DNA of 63,448 nt, filler included, from Octopus bimaculoides (taxonomy: Eukaryota), in assembly GCF_001194135.2 (NCBI RefSeq). It is 4 parts of 4 records of this genome, joined end to end, with 100 filler letters (N's around TTAATTAATTAA, not from the genome) between each part and the next. Parts side by side here need not be neighbours in the genome. Positions count along the whole stretch, not along the records: positions 1 to 27,115 come from NC_068990.1; 3 more parts are not named here. One strand, given 5' to 3'. Shown one piece after another: positions 12,637 to 25,900 of the stretch. The notes beneath the pieces are model-generated. The model worked only from the letters and a program-made list of their open reading frames with translations. It was not told the DNA's origin and did no database searches. The position numbers and the translations under genes are program-made. Within the stretch, counting starts at the first letter, position 1, and each line of letters opens with the position of its first letter.

Positions 12637-13755
12637 CATGAATGTGTACAGGACGTCGGAGAAGTAAACAGAGAAAGTACCCTTCATAAGTTGTCTCTAC
12701 TCATCATTTCAAGTATCCAAGGACAATATGAGTTTTCAAAGACGGTTGCTCCCATAAATTCTAAAATAAAACTTAGTATTTATGGAGCGACAAAGTTGGG
12801 AACAAAAACATAACAGTGAAGACATACAAGGAAACTGGACTAAAACAAACTCGGAGTGTCGTTAGACGTGAATGAGAGGAAAAGAGTGAACGCTGCGAGA
12901 AACACTTTTTTTTTTTGAAAAGAGTAAAGATAGAAGAGAGAGAGAGAAAAAAAACATACTTAACTTTTACAGAATTAACTTTTTCTCTCTTCTGTGAGAA
13001 GTCTCCTTTTGAAATTTTTTGTTTAGAATTTGTCTCCACCTGTTTTTGTCAAGGACACCTGTGTCAAGTATATAAGTATTTATAGCAAAATACACGTCGG
13101 ACTTTTAGTATATATATANNNNNNNNNNNNNNNNNNNNNNNNNNNNNNNNNNNNNNNNNNNNNNNNNNNNNNNNNNNNNNNNNNNNNNNNNNNNNNNNNN
13201 NNNNNNNNNNNNNNNNNNNNNNNNNNNNNNNNNNNNNNNNNNNNNNNNNNNATATATATATATATATATATATATATATAGCCGAAATTGCAAAGATAAT
13301 CTGGAACTCAACTGAGGAAAGAAAACTCTGAATGACCCGTCCTTGTTTTCTTTGTATCGTATATCTGGATGTTTTGCGTTCTTGTTCCATTTTGTATTTT
13401 TCTTATATATAATATATATGTACACAGAGAGAGAGGGAGAGAGAGAGAGAGAACGAGAGACAGAGAGAACGAGAGACAGAGAGAGAAAAGAGAGATCTTT
13501 ATGATGAAATGGGATTTTCTCAGTAGCCATATCTCAAATATGTGGCGGAAATATTTCGCATAACTGACAGTACTTTGGAAACATAAAATATATTAATATA
13601 AGATATTTGCATGTGTATTTAAATGGTTAGAATTACCATTCTGAAATGTAACAATAGAAATATTTGAAACAGCTGTACCACAATTCTAACACTAAAATAA
13701 ACAGTGCCCTAGGACAGCTTTACGAAGTGCATCACATCCAGTTTATGAAAACACT

Positions 13756-14046
13756 AGCACTCTGTCGATTACGATGACAATGTTTCAAGTTGATCCGATC
13801 AACTGAATGCTAGCTCCCTCCTGACACGCGTACACTTAACGTACACCCAGCGAGATTCAGCGTGATATAGAATGTGACACGACTAGTACTATGAGTTACG
13901 GGTACAACTCATATTTTCTCATTGAGTGGACTGAAGCAACGTGAAATAAAGTGACTTGCTCAAGGACACAACACACAACTAAGAATGAAACTAACAACCT
14001 TACGATCGTCAGCTAACTACCAAAATCACAAAACCATGTGCCTTCA
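13756..14046 (-). mobile_element. tRNA-head SINE (gtccttgagcaag-core family)
   Basis: Reverse complement reads a tRNA-like head, then tgtgtccttgagcaagtcactttatttcacgttgcttcagtccactcaatgag..., ending ...cgtaatcgacagagtgct. Confidence 0.65.
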
Positions 14047-15898
14047 TTTACATTTATGAGTACTTACTAAATGCACCCTGCAGAAGTACCTTATGAAATA
14101 TAAAATACTATGTTTTTGGTAATGTTTTCTTCTACTGCTAAAACAGAGTTCAAACAACTAGAGTATGTATATCTGTCATCTTCGTTGACAGATTTGAGTA
14201 CACGTGTTAAGGTTTTAAAATATTTCTTACCTCCTCTCTTTCCATTAGTTTTCTTCAAAAATCTGTGTTATTAGATTTAGAACGCTTTTTATGGTGCAAA
14301 GAATTTATGCAGCATGCACTGATTTAAGTACCGTAGCCGATCATCTGGTTTGCCTTAATGCATGACATCAGGTCTGCTCTTTTATTGTGGAAGCGTTCCA
14401 ATGTTACGCCTGAGTTTCTGAGCTATGCCATCGTTCCTAAAACCGGGGAACTTCTCAGTGATTGCGCTACAGCTAGAAATAGCTGACATATTTCTTATGT
14501 ATATTTGTTTGAGTACGTCCCTGGATTTTAGAAACAAATTCAGAAATATTTATGGTCCTCAGGTTACATTGAAACACTAATGATTAAAATCTTTCGACGT
14601 AAAGTTAAAAGTTTAACGTTGTAAAATCTCGCATTACTTAATGAAAAGCCAGTGAGGAATTATGGCTAGAATATGTGACGTGTAGAAGCAGTACACAACC
14701 ATCTCATATGGTAATAGTACAGAATCAAAACCTAATCATCTCACGAATTCGCATGCTTGTAATTTCGGTGATACAGTCATTTTTCGATTGGTTCTTTGAT
14801 TTAATATATATTTTTACTTAGGATACATTCAATTAGATATGACATTTCTTATTTAAAATTGATTTTAACTCTCACCTATTTGTCACATATAATATCCAGT
14901 TTGCTGTTGTTGTTTGTGACGATAATTAATACCAGCGCAATTATAATACAGAAGAACTATGAACAAATGAATCCCATTAACGATTATCTCATCATTCCAG
15001 TTTTCATATGGATTTATCTATGACTCTATATGTATAGTCAATATCGTTTTCTTAATAAAACACTAGGATATTGTTCTTTGATGGGCATTTGGCTGCTGTT
15101 TCTAGTTGGTCACTGGTGCTATTTCTAGTTCCATTGAGAATATTTTTGTGTCAGTAACGAAAGTATAAAATGTGCATTCAACCAACAATATATTCATGGA
15201 CCAAAGGTAGACAACAATGAAAAAACAACAAAACACAAACATAATGATAAACTTGTACAAAACTCCCATAGACTCACGATGCTCAGTAAACACAGAAAAC
15301 AAATACGAAATAGAATAAACGAATAACTACAAAAACATAAACGATATGAATGTTAACAAGAGTAACAAATGCACAAAAAACCTTATTCACTGTTTGGAAA
15401 ATCAATGGAAGAAAATAAATCAAAATACCTCAAAATATGACATAAGAAAACGAGAGGAATTCGGTTGGTTGGGGAGGGTGAAGTTTAAGTTGCTTCTATT
15501 TTTCGCGAACCAACTGATGATTCTTCATAGAATCCCAATAATCATTATGCTCTACATGAATCTGAAGTGTTGTATAATAATCTATATTCGAGAATGTCTT
15601 ATTTCTTGCGCTCCAGAGAGTCCTTTTCTCACCATCTGATATTATTCTTCAGAATGGAGAAATCTATGTTTTGTTTTCTCCTTTCTTCGTCTACTTTTAC
15701 TTCTGTGTTTTATTCGTGTGTTTTTCATGGACCTTTGAAAGCTATGATTTCCACAAGTATATAAATGCATTTTAAATGATATACATACATGCATACTTAT
15801 ATCTATATGTGTATGTGTGCACATGCACGTTGTGTGTATAAACACACATCCACACTCATACATTTATGTACCATTATATAGATCATGTATGTTACATA

Positions 15899-15973
<75 letters not shown>

Positions 15974-16039
15974 AAATATATAAAAAATAAAAAGATAAAG
16001 AGAGCAATGGTAAGGTTGGAGAAGTATTTTATGGATAGA

Positions 16040-16088
16040 GTCTTACAGCTGTTTCTGGGAAGATCCAGTACTTCCCTTCATCGGAGAC
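16040..16088 (-). ncRNA. Minimal type-I hammerhead-ribozyme-like motif (non-canonical)
   Basis: Minus strand GTCT-CCGATGA-A GGGAAG tactggat CTTCCC A-GAA-ACAGCTGT-A-AGAC: 4-bp stem I, 6-bp stem II, palindromic stem III, GUA triplet. Deviations from the canonical core are U4C and an A.A closing pair. Confidence 0.5.
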
Positions 16089-17958
16089 AGAAAAAATAAA
16101 GTAATCTATTATTATATCCATAGGCGGATATTTTTAGTATGAAGTGGTAAAGAGTGTGATGTGCTGAAAAAAGAGANNNNNNNNNNNNNNNNNNNNNNNN
16201 NNNNNNNNNNNNNNNNNNNNNNNNNNNNNNNNNNNNNNNNNNNNNNNNNNNNNNNNNNNNNNNNNNNNNNNNNNNNNNNNNNNNNNNNNNNNNNNNNNNN
16301 NNNNNNNNNNNNNNNNNNNNNNNNNNNNNNNNNNNNNNNNNNNNNNNNNNNNNNNNNNNNNNNNNNNNNNNNNNNNNNNNNNNNNNNNNNNNNNNNNNNN
16401 NNNNNNNNNNNNNNNNNNNNNNNNNNNNNNNNNNNNNNNNNNNNNNNNNNNNNNNNNNNNNNNNNNNNNNNNNNNNNNNNNNNNNNNNNNNNNNNNNNNN
16501 NNNNNNNNNNNNNNNNNNNNNNNNNNNNNNNNNNNNNNNNNNNNNNNNNNNNNNNNNNNNNNNNNNNNNNNNNNNNNNNNNNNNNNNNNNNNNNNNNNNN
16601 NNNNNNNNNNNNNNNNNNNNNNNNNNNNNNNNNNNNNNNNNNNNNNNNNNNNNNNNNNNNNNNNNNNNNNNNNNNNNNNNNNNNNNNNNNNNNNNNNNNN
16701 NNNNNNNNNNNNNNNNNNNNNNNNNNNNNNNNNNNNNNNNNNNNNNNNNNNNNNNNNNNNNNNNNNNNNNNNNNNNNNNNNNNNNNNNNNNNNNNNNNNN
16801 NNNNNNNNNNNNNNNNNNNNNNNNNNNNNNNNNNNNNNNNNNNNNNNNNNNNNNNNNNNNNNNNNNNNNNNNNNNNNNNNNNNNNNNNNNNNNNNNNNNN
16901 NNNNNNNNNNNNNNNNNNNNNNNNNNNNNNNNNNNNNNNNNNNNNNNNNNNNNNNNNNNNNNNNNNNNNNNNNNNNNNNNNNNNNNNNNNNNNNNNNNNN
17001 NNNNNNNNNNNNNNNNNNNNNNNNNNNNNNNNNNNNNNNNNNNNNNNNNNNNNNNNNNNNNNNNNNNNNNNNNNNNNNNNNNNNNNNNNNNNNNNNNNNN
17101 NNNNNNNNNNATATATGCACATGCATACATACATATATATGCATATATACATACACCTACCTTTATGTGTGTGTCTAGTTGCAAGGAATTGGTGCTTGAA
17201 TAGCTTTTATATAAAATTCAATATAATAAGTTATATGCTATTATAGCTAGCATGTCTTCTCTTTGATATCTTTCTATCATCACTCTTTCGTATCAAACTC
17301 ATTCATTCTTTCTATTTCTATAGCAAATACTAATAAAAATAATTTTGAGATAAAACCAAAACAGTCGGTAACCAAATACAATTAAAGGAAATTTTAAAAA
17401 ACACACATAAAATTCAAAAGATGTCTAGTAGAATAATGCTATAATCTTTTCAGGAAATGAAACAATTGTGAACAATTCAAAATGTTTTGATCTATGTATT
17501 TACGATAAAGAATTATTTGCATTATAACTTGTAACGAACAATTCTCTAATGTACATTGTAATATTCTCTAATTTATAACATTGAGACAGACATGAAAGCT
17601 TTTTTATATACTTTGTTTTCATGGAATTAACTTTATATCAAAGATGCAGACGTCTTTTCAAGTTTAAAATGTTTCTTTCTGAATGAAGTTTAAAAAAAAA
17701 AGCATCTGATCGCTGTTTTCTTTTGTTGTTGGGTAGCCATCGGTCAGTCCTGTTCGAGCATACCTAAAGATTAAAGAAAGTTCATCCATGTACACCTCTA
17801 TATCCTTGTCATTTTTCATTTATTTTTTGTTTGTGTGGTTGTGTTCAGACATAATGTGTCTAAAGTCGCATAATGAAATGTGTCTTTTATTAGAGATGAA
17901 CATAATTTAAAGCAGATGCAACTGATCTTTCTAGCAATCCTACTAACGTTTGTGAGAT

Positions 17959-18743
17959 GTAGCTGTGTGGTAAGTAGCTTGCCTACCAATCACATGGTTC
18001 CAGGTTCAGTCCCAATGCGTGGTACCTTGGGCAAGTGTCTTCTACTATAGCCTCGGGCCGACCAAAGCCTTGTGAGTGGATTTGGTAGACGGAAACTGAA
18101 AGAAGCCCGTCGTATATATATATATATATATCTGTATGTGTNNNNNNNNNNNNNNNNNNNNNNNNNNNNNNNNNNNNNNNNNNNNNNNNNNNNNNNNNNN
18201 NNNNNNNNNNNNNNNNNNNNNNNNNNNNNNNNNNNNNNNNNNNNNNNNNNNNNNNNNNNNNNNNNNNNNNNNNNNNNNNNNNNNNNNNNNNNNNNNNNNN
18301 NNNNNNNNNNNNNNNNNNNNNNNNNNNNNNNNNNNNNNNNNNNNNNNNNNNNNNNNNNNNNNNNNNNNNNNNNNNNNNNNNNNNNNNNNNNNNNNNNNNN
18401 NNNNNNNNNNNNNNNNNNNNNNNNNNNNNNNNNNNNNNNNNNNNNNNNNNNNNNNNNNNNNNNNNNNNNNNNNNNNNNNNNNNNNNNNNNNNNNNNNNNN
18501 NNNNNNNNNNNNNNNNNNNNNNNNNNNNNNNNNNNNNNNNNNNNNNNNNNNNNNNNNNNNNNNNNNNNNNNNNNNNNNNNNNNNNNNNNNNNNNNNNNNN
18601 NNNNNNNNNNNNNNNNNNNNNNNNNNNNNNNNNNNNNNNNNNNNNNNNNNNNNNNNNNNNNNNNNNNNNNNNNNNNNNNNNNNNNNNNNNNNNNNNNNNN
18701 NNNNNNNNNNNNNNNNNNNNNNNNNNNNNNNNNNNNNNNNNNN

Positions 18744-18777
<34 letters not shown>

Positions 18778-19020
18778 TGTGTGTGTGTATGTGTCTGTTT
18801 GTGTGTCTGTGTTTGTCCCCCCACCATCGCTTGAGAACCGATGCTGGTGTGTTTGCGTCCCCGTACCTTAGCGGTTCGGCAAAAAGAAACCGATAGAATA
18901 AGTACTAGGCTTACAAAGAATAAGTTCTGGGGTCGATTTGCTCGACTAAAGGAGGTGCTCCAGCATGGCCGCATTCAAATGACTGAAACAAGTAAAAGTG
19001 TAAAAGAGAGAGTAAAAGTA
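17959..19020 (+). mobile_element. Bipartite tRNA-head SINE with internal microsatellite (gap inside)
   Basis: Head gtagctgtgtggtaagtagc...ggttcagtccc (A/B-box-like), accttgggcaagtgtcttctactatagcc core, (TA)n/(TG)n, then a 3' half ending gactgaaacaagtaaaag(agtaaaag). Confidence 0.8.
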
Positions 19021-19879
19021 TGTGATTTAGTTTATTTATTTCCAAGTGTAAATATAACAATAGGTCTGTCTTCATTTCGGTGTTTTTTCTTTCGTTGATC
19101 TGACCGGAACTGAACCAAAATGAGGACACTGAATATTATTGATAAAGTTAAATTCAGTCATAATGTCTCTAAGATATGAAAGATATATCTTAAAAAGTAC
19201 ATAATCAATGGCGGTGCCCCAGTATGTCCACAGCTTTAAAGCTGAATCAATTTAAAGATTTAAAGAAAAATTTTGGCCACAGTGAAAATATGACTTCAAG
19301 TGGAATGTCACAAAAGCAAGGAAACTCGGTTCTTAACATAAATAACTTATTTGCAATCACATGAATTCAGATTCGATCATACACATCAATGCATGTGTTG
19401 TCTACTAAAGTCTACACTCGATTATAAGTGAAATTTGCTAGAGAGTAACAGAACAAAAATCGTCATAGATTGATAGTTTGAATGACTGATTGATTTCGCT
19501 TAGGCATATTATAAAAAGTAAAGCGTAAAGACATATTTATACATGCATGTATAATATATGTGTTTGCGTGTTAGCTTGCATGTTTATGAGTGAATGACGA
19601 TATTTACATTCCGTAACAATCGTTTACATTCTGTAACAATCGTCGTTGTCAGTTAACTGGTGAAAAAGTTTTAACATTAAAATCTGTAAAAATTATCATT
19701 GGAATTTATATGAAATATATATCAAATCCCCGACGTCGAGAGATAAAATGCGTAGGGATTAAAGGTTTAACATGATGAAATGACTGCAAATATATATGTG
19801 TAAAATCATATAAAACCCTGGGCCGATCTTAGCCATGTGAGTAGATTTGGTAGGCGGAAAGTGAAAGAAGCCTGTTATA

Positions 19880-20790
19880 TACAGAGTACGTAATATTTTT
19901 GAAGACAGATCTATGTCTATAAAAATGACAAATATATAATAACAGCTAATAACTTTATTTCATCAAAAAATGCTATGAGAATAAAAATAAACCTTCTTTT
20001 CTATAATGTTGTTCAATAGAGCCACCTTTCAGCTTCAACAACTGCTTTCTTATGATGTCTAAACCATCTCCATGCTCGAATCAAGTGGTCTTGGTCCATG
20101 TTGGACGTTACTCGCACTATGGCAGCTTTCAAAGAATCTTTGGTGTTATGGGCATGCTCATTGACCTCTCTCTCAACAATGCTCCACATGTAATAGTCCA
20201 ATTGATTGAGATATGGGGAAATAAGAGGTCAAATGTTAGGGGTTATGTGATCAAGAAAAGTTTCAGCCATCCAGTCTTGTGTTACTAGAGACATGTTTGA
20301 TAATGCAGAGTCGTGCTGATGCATATGGCCCTCCATTGCATACACTGTCTATCCAGGGCTTAGCAACTATTTCCAGGAACACAATGTAGGCGGCATTGTT
20401 AACTACAAGGCCTTGTGGAAAGAAGTAATGAGACATCAAATGTCCTTCATTGCTGACAACCCCTAAAATCATGACAGTTGCAGAAAATTTTATATGCATA
20501 ACACTTGGAACTTCAGAAGGGTCTGCACATAACCATCTGTCATTTTTTTCAGTTAACTTTTGATCTTGGTCGAAGTTTTTCTCGTTTGAGAAAAAGAAAC
20601 ATCAAATCTTTTGCTCCATTTTTGAGTTTGCTTAAGTGCTTTTTAGATCTGATGTGATTTTGTTTTGCTTTTTCTGACAAATTGACCCTTCCTCATCATA
20701 GAAGACTTACATCTGATCTCTTCGTGGACAACATTTCCTAATGTTCCTTCTGACATATGGTTTAATTCACATAATTTCATAATTAACAGC
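19880..20790 (-). mobile_element. Decayed Tc1/mariner transposase, DD37D (maT)-like
   Basis: Minus-strand motifs FFSNEKNFDQDQK..NDRWLCADPSEVP, KFSATVMILGVVSNEGH, QHDSA, YLNQLDYYMWSIVEREVNEHAHNTKDSLKAAI. Several stops and frameshifts. Confidence 0.85.
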
Positions 20791-22689
20791 TTGTCCGTAA
20801 TTAAACTATATATATTTTTCTTTTCCGTGTAAGTTAGTGAATCAGTAGAACAGAATTGATTTAAATGTTAGAAAACCTAATAGAGTTATCTATGAATGTA
20901 AATATTTCCCACGCTTTGGTATGTGGAAAATATATATATACACACATATACGTACACGATGTGTGTGTGCGTGTGTGTGTGTATCTGTATATATCCTTTA
21001 CATACATACTTATATTCTTCATATTTTCCCATGGTGTGTTGTAGCTTTGTCCGGAATTGTTCAACTTTTTCAAATTGGATAGAGAATTTAGAGAAAAACA
21101 GGAAATACAACAGTAAGTACGAACTATTACCATAATTTCAGCATTTTTGTGGTAGGCACTGTACAATAAACGCAATGTAAAATATTTATTTCTCAAATAA
21201 TACTAAGCACATCTTACGGCAGAATTTCAACGACAGTTTCATGATGTTGAATACGCAAGAGATATTTTCAGCTGTTTATTTGTTTGCTTATCCCTTGAAG
21301 CTAATATATTGTATGTTAACAGTTACTTTGTGTCGCTTGTATTTAATCTGTAAAATTTCTTTTCTTCTATTCATTATTTTATTAGCTAAAGATCTGATTT
21401 TATTTCGCTCTGTATTTATATTCCTCCCACCACTCCTGGGATTGGTGTGAAATGCATCCCATCTACCACAAATCTGTAGTTTCATATTCTAAACTCCATG
21501 CTATGTGTCTTCATTTCCAGACAATGTTTCATAGCCCAATGAATTTATTTTAAAATTATATTAAAACTATTCTTAATTACAGCAATGATTAATGTATATA
21601 TTTCTGTTTACTTTATTTTGTTTCCGTTTTTCTTTCTGTTTTAAATACTACTCTGAATTAAAAATAATTCTAAAAAAAAGCAGTCAAGAAAGACGAGAAA
21701 AGTGATCAGAATAAGCAATGTTGTTCTGGAATCGGTTGAGAAAAGCCAGCCCCGAATCTTTGTGGGGAGTTTGCAAATGCATGCGTCTATGTTATTCATA
21801 ACCGCTTGAGTGCTTTTTTTTAGAAATTCTATCCGATCAGCTTGGTGGTATTTGCTCGTTCATATCTTCCTGTGTTACACTGACTAAACGGCTCATACAA
21901 CTACATAGATTCATGGACGCTGAGAGCACGTGGACCTCATTTGTGAAGAGCGTTTTCTTGGAGTTCTTTCACTATGGACTAGTAAGATCACAATTGCTCA
22001 CATGACACCTAATACTTACAGTTTTCTACTAATTCCGCAGAATATCGGCAACATGTCAACATTTCTGGAGAGAATTTTAAAAGTTCATTGATTAGAAGGG
22101 TCGATGATAATTTTGGGGATGTTCTCGGAATCGACAAGGGTCGATGATAATTTAGGGGATGTTCTCGGAATCGACAGGGGTCTACTGAACAACCGTTTGA
22201 GGTTGACTAAGCTTGAGGAGGACGTTGAAGAGATTCTAGAAATCCCTGGTCTGGTAGACATATCAGGAAACTTTGCCGATCAGTAAGAATAAATTGCAGC
22301 ATTGCGGAAACACTGACAGAAAGGCTTGTCAAAGATGCGTGCAGGGCGACAAAACCTTTTCCATACAATTATTCGTTATTTAAGAATTGTATGTTTTGTG
22401 AAGCTTTGTGGAGCAACAATCATCGCATATAGAGTGCATCCAATGTTCACTCGTGTCAATCGATAGTTAGCCAGAGTAATTCTAGATTTACTGATGCACA
22501 TTGATTGTCTCCAAGCGGCCGAACCTTATTTCATTCTGTTTGTATATTTATAATTATTGATTTACCTTTGCATAAATACTCAGGTATGAAATGAGCCATC
22601 AACCGTCACTTTTCTTTGCAATTAAAATATATTATCGCACCACCTTCCTTCTTATGTCTCCCATCTTTCTGACAATTCCTCCCCTCCTC

Positions 22690-22733
22690 CTCACCACAAC
22701 CACCACCACCACCACCACCACCATCATCATCAC

Positions 22734-22780
<47 letters not shown>

Positions 22781-22781
22781 A
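22690..22781. repeat. (CAC)n(CAT)n trinucleotide microsatellite
   Basis: Directly visible. Confidence 0.95.
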
Positions 22782-23599
22782 CATCGGGTTTTCAACATTC
22801 CTTGCACGACATAATTTTGAGGTATATGCAATCTTGTTTTCTTTTTTTTCTTCATATTTGGTGGGTGGGTGCAAGGTTGTGGTTGTATAATATATCACAT
22901 TTACTTTGTTGTGGGATTTTGTTTTTGTTGTGAGAATTGCATTATGTTATTGGGCGGTGTCTGTGCTTCGAATACGTTGACTGCTACTTCTGTTAACGAC
23001 CCTGTATCGATGTCAGACTGAGCGGAATTTAAACACAAAATTTAAACGAATTAAAGGCAAAGTAAGACTCTGCGGAATTTAATCGCAAAACGTAAAACCG
23101 GAAAAATGCCCTGAAGCACTTTGGTCCGGTGTGCTAACGTTTTTACCAACTATTAGGTTCTGTACGCTTATTAAAAGCAATATGATTCACTGTATATGCA
23201 AGAGGTCGTTGTTCAGCCTTAATTACGAGCATTTCTTATTGTTTGGGAATACTCAAAATAAAACTTTTGCAGTGCCTTGTAGTGTTATTTTCTGTATAAT
23301 ATGTAGCATCCTGTGTCTTTGTTTATGCATTGTCTTCACACATGTTTAATTATTTCTAAAGCAGATATTAACATGCATATTATTTCTGTTTTAAATGCTC
23401 AAAATCTTTTCTCTATTTCTAAATCTATTTATTTGGATAGTTTCTACTCTGTTATATACTTATATTCTTATATATGTTTTGTTATATACTTATGTTTTGG
23501 AATTAATACTTCAATCTGTATACATTTCTTTTCTTGATGATCTCATTATCTGTACAATATTCTTTTCTCTTCATCACACTATGAATTAGGCAAATCCCA

Positions 23600-25900
23600 G
23601 AAAATTAATTACATCTTCGTTCCTTAATAATTTCAACTTACTCTCTGTATCCTTTGTACGTCATCCATTTTCTCTGTATTTTCATCGGGCTTTCTTTTTT
23701 GTGCAGGAAACATTAAGTGCCTACGTATGTTGCATACTATATTTTGGTAAAAACTACACGGTTTGCAATGACTCGTTGCTTCTTTCCAACACGAATATAT
23801 TCTGCAAAGCTGATCTTCACGCTGCTTCTTTCTAATGTTTTTTTCTACTTCCCTGGGTTTTAGTTATTCACCGCGATCAAAACGTCTTATTCTCAGTTTT
23901 CTGTACGACGAATGTTGATATGCTTCTTTATTCCATTCCGTTTAACTCTCTCCGTTTAGGAAAAATTTAGAAAATTTACATGTCGACGTTTTCATTCATT
24001 AGCAGTTTGATGTTTTTTTCTTGTTTCTAATTTCATCATTTCTCCCTTCTTTTTACGGCTTTAGTTACTTCAACAATCATTTACATTTATCGTTTCCTTG
24101 AAGAGAAACTATTTTTTTGGTTTCATATTAGTTCAATTTGCGCCTTTAATATTTAATTTTGCACACTAAAAGGTGGTGTTTTAGAATCGTTTTCCCGTAT
24201 TGAAAAAAACAATTTCCCAATGCTTGCTTTAAATCTAAATTCAATCATTATTTTCTCCTTAATTCCTAAGAATTTTTGTAACTTTCTTAGTTTTTATTGG
24301 TGAATATTTTAAGCCGTAACTTATTACTGGATTACCATTAATGTTTCTCCAGGCATTTAAGTATTAATCTAATGCATTCATAATATTCCTTCCAACTGTT
24401 TTCTTTATATACATATTCGCTACTCTATTTCACTAATTCCTAACTATCTGTAAGATTGCCTTCAGTCTATTTTTTCATTGTTGCTATGGCCGAATTAATA
24501 GTTCTGAGTATAAAAATAATGTTCTCTCTCCAATTGAAGACGTGGAGAATGTTTCCTATCGAAATGTATGGGAATTTTCTTGGTTAAATTGTGAAGTGTA
24601 TAGCAGTATCACCAAGTATTTATCATTTATAATTTATAAGTAAATGTTATATACTGTAGCCGTTTCACTGTCAGCCCTTAGAATCTCGATGTTATTTGTT
24701 ATTATTGTCAGATCATCCCAATTTAAACCAGCCGTTGATGAAAGGTATTACAGGTTAAAACAAAGACGTTCGTATATAGCTCAGATTCGTTTCTTCTATT
24801 CCCCACTAACCCGCTTTGCGTTTGCTTCCGTAAAATTATTTTCAATCTCTTCATAAGATGTTTTATAGAACTGTCTATTATTTGTACATAACCTGAGGCC
24901 ATTTACGCTTTTCATTATTTCGGAGTCGTTAAAATAGGGTACCAATGAAGTATTTGTGTCGCTGGTAGCGACTAAAACTTGCTTAAATTTTCTGGCATTG
25001 TTGTTTAATCAGAAACCATTGTTTATCCGTTACTCATGGGGTATACTTAGAGAATCTACTTGCATGGAACTCTTTTACTGCTAATTAATCTGTATTCTTC
25101 CAAAAGTTTTCTTTGTATTTTGCGATAATATTATGGTAACGGCTTACGTAGGCTTCAGATATTAACATTTTGCTGTTTCCTTTGTCTTGGGTTTTAGAAT
25201 TAATTTTTTATATATCATTCAAGTGTTTTTTTTTTCTGTCTTCCATTAGAATTTTTAGTGTCATCATCTGATCTTTGTTATGTAGTTGTTTAAAATTAAC
25301 CTACATTTCAGTATGCAAACCTATATTCAAATATGTTCCAGTCATAATTTTCCCAATATTTGTCCACTTTATCGAATATGATCATATGTTTCTAAGACTC
25401 TAATGTTTGGTGCAAGTGTCATTAAATTTCCATTTATGGCAGGTCGACTACCCATCTAGAGACTCTGTTGTATTTCCCTACTTTCGTTATTCCAAATAGG
25501 TATATAGAACTTTGTTGTACTTTAGTGTTGTCCAGCACTGCATATTTTACAGTAGTGTCTGCATTACTTTTTACGCTGTCCTTTATTCCCAAGATTATTC
25601 TATCCTAAGCCATTTTCTTTTCGCATCTTCGAGAGTGGTGTTCCAAATCTTGTTTTGGGGTATCTAAAAATCCCTTCTACTGCCTCTGCTGCTGGCGTCT
25701 TATGTTTTTATGTTATGTTTTTATCTAGTTATGAGTAAAATCTCTTCAAGTTGATGAGGAAATAATTTTCATCAATCATCTGTTGTTGATTTTCCTAATA
25801 CCAGATTCTTTCTGATTCTACAAATATGTATTATATATATTTCGATTGTTAGTGTTTGTATGTTTGGGTTCTATTTTTTGTCTGTAATATTTGTCTAAAT
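23600..25900 (-). mobile_element. Heavily decayed LINE (L1/Tx1-like) relic
   Basis: The minus strand is A-rich. Near 24900-24800 it reads KHLMKRLKIILRKQTQSGLVGNR, resembling the RLK..L...Q.GF...R RT motif. Other motifs are too degraded to be sure, and the boundaries are uncertain. Confidence 0.35.

Noticed and set aside
13634-13690. GAAACAGCTGTA on the plus strand, like the hammerhead 3' half
   Set aside because: The upstream core (CTGAAAT) and stem II do not fit; probably chance or too decayed.
17959-18030. tRNA genes at SINE heads
   Set aside because: A/B-box-like motifs are present but there is no complete cloverleaf, and each continues into a SINE body.
16078-18974. Long ORF-track entries containing X runs (also near 13.1, 30.2, 44.1, 47.4-48.5 kb)
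   Set aside because: They are open only because N gaps contain no stop codons.
19604-19643. 20-bp tandem duplication tttacatt(c/ct)gtaacaatcg
   Set aside because: An ordinary slippage-type duplication with no further structure.
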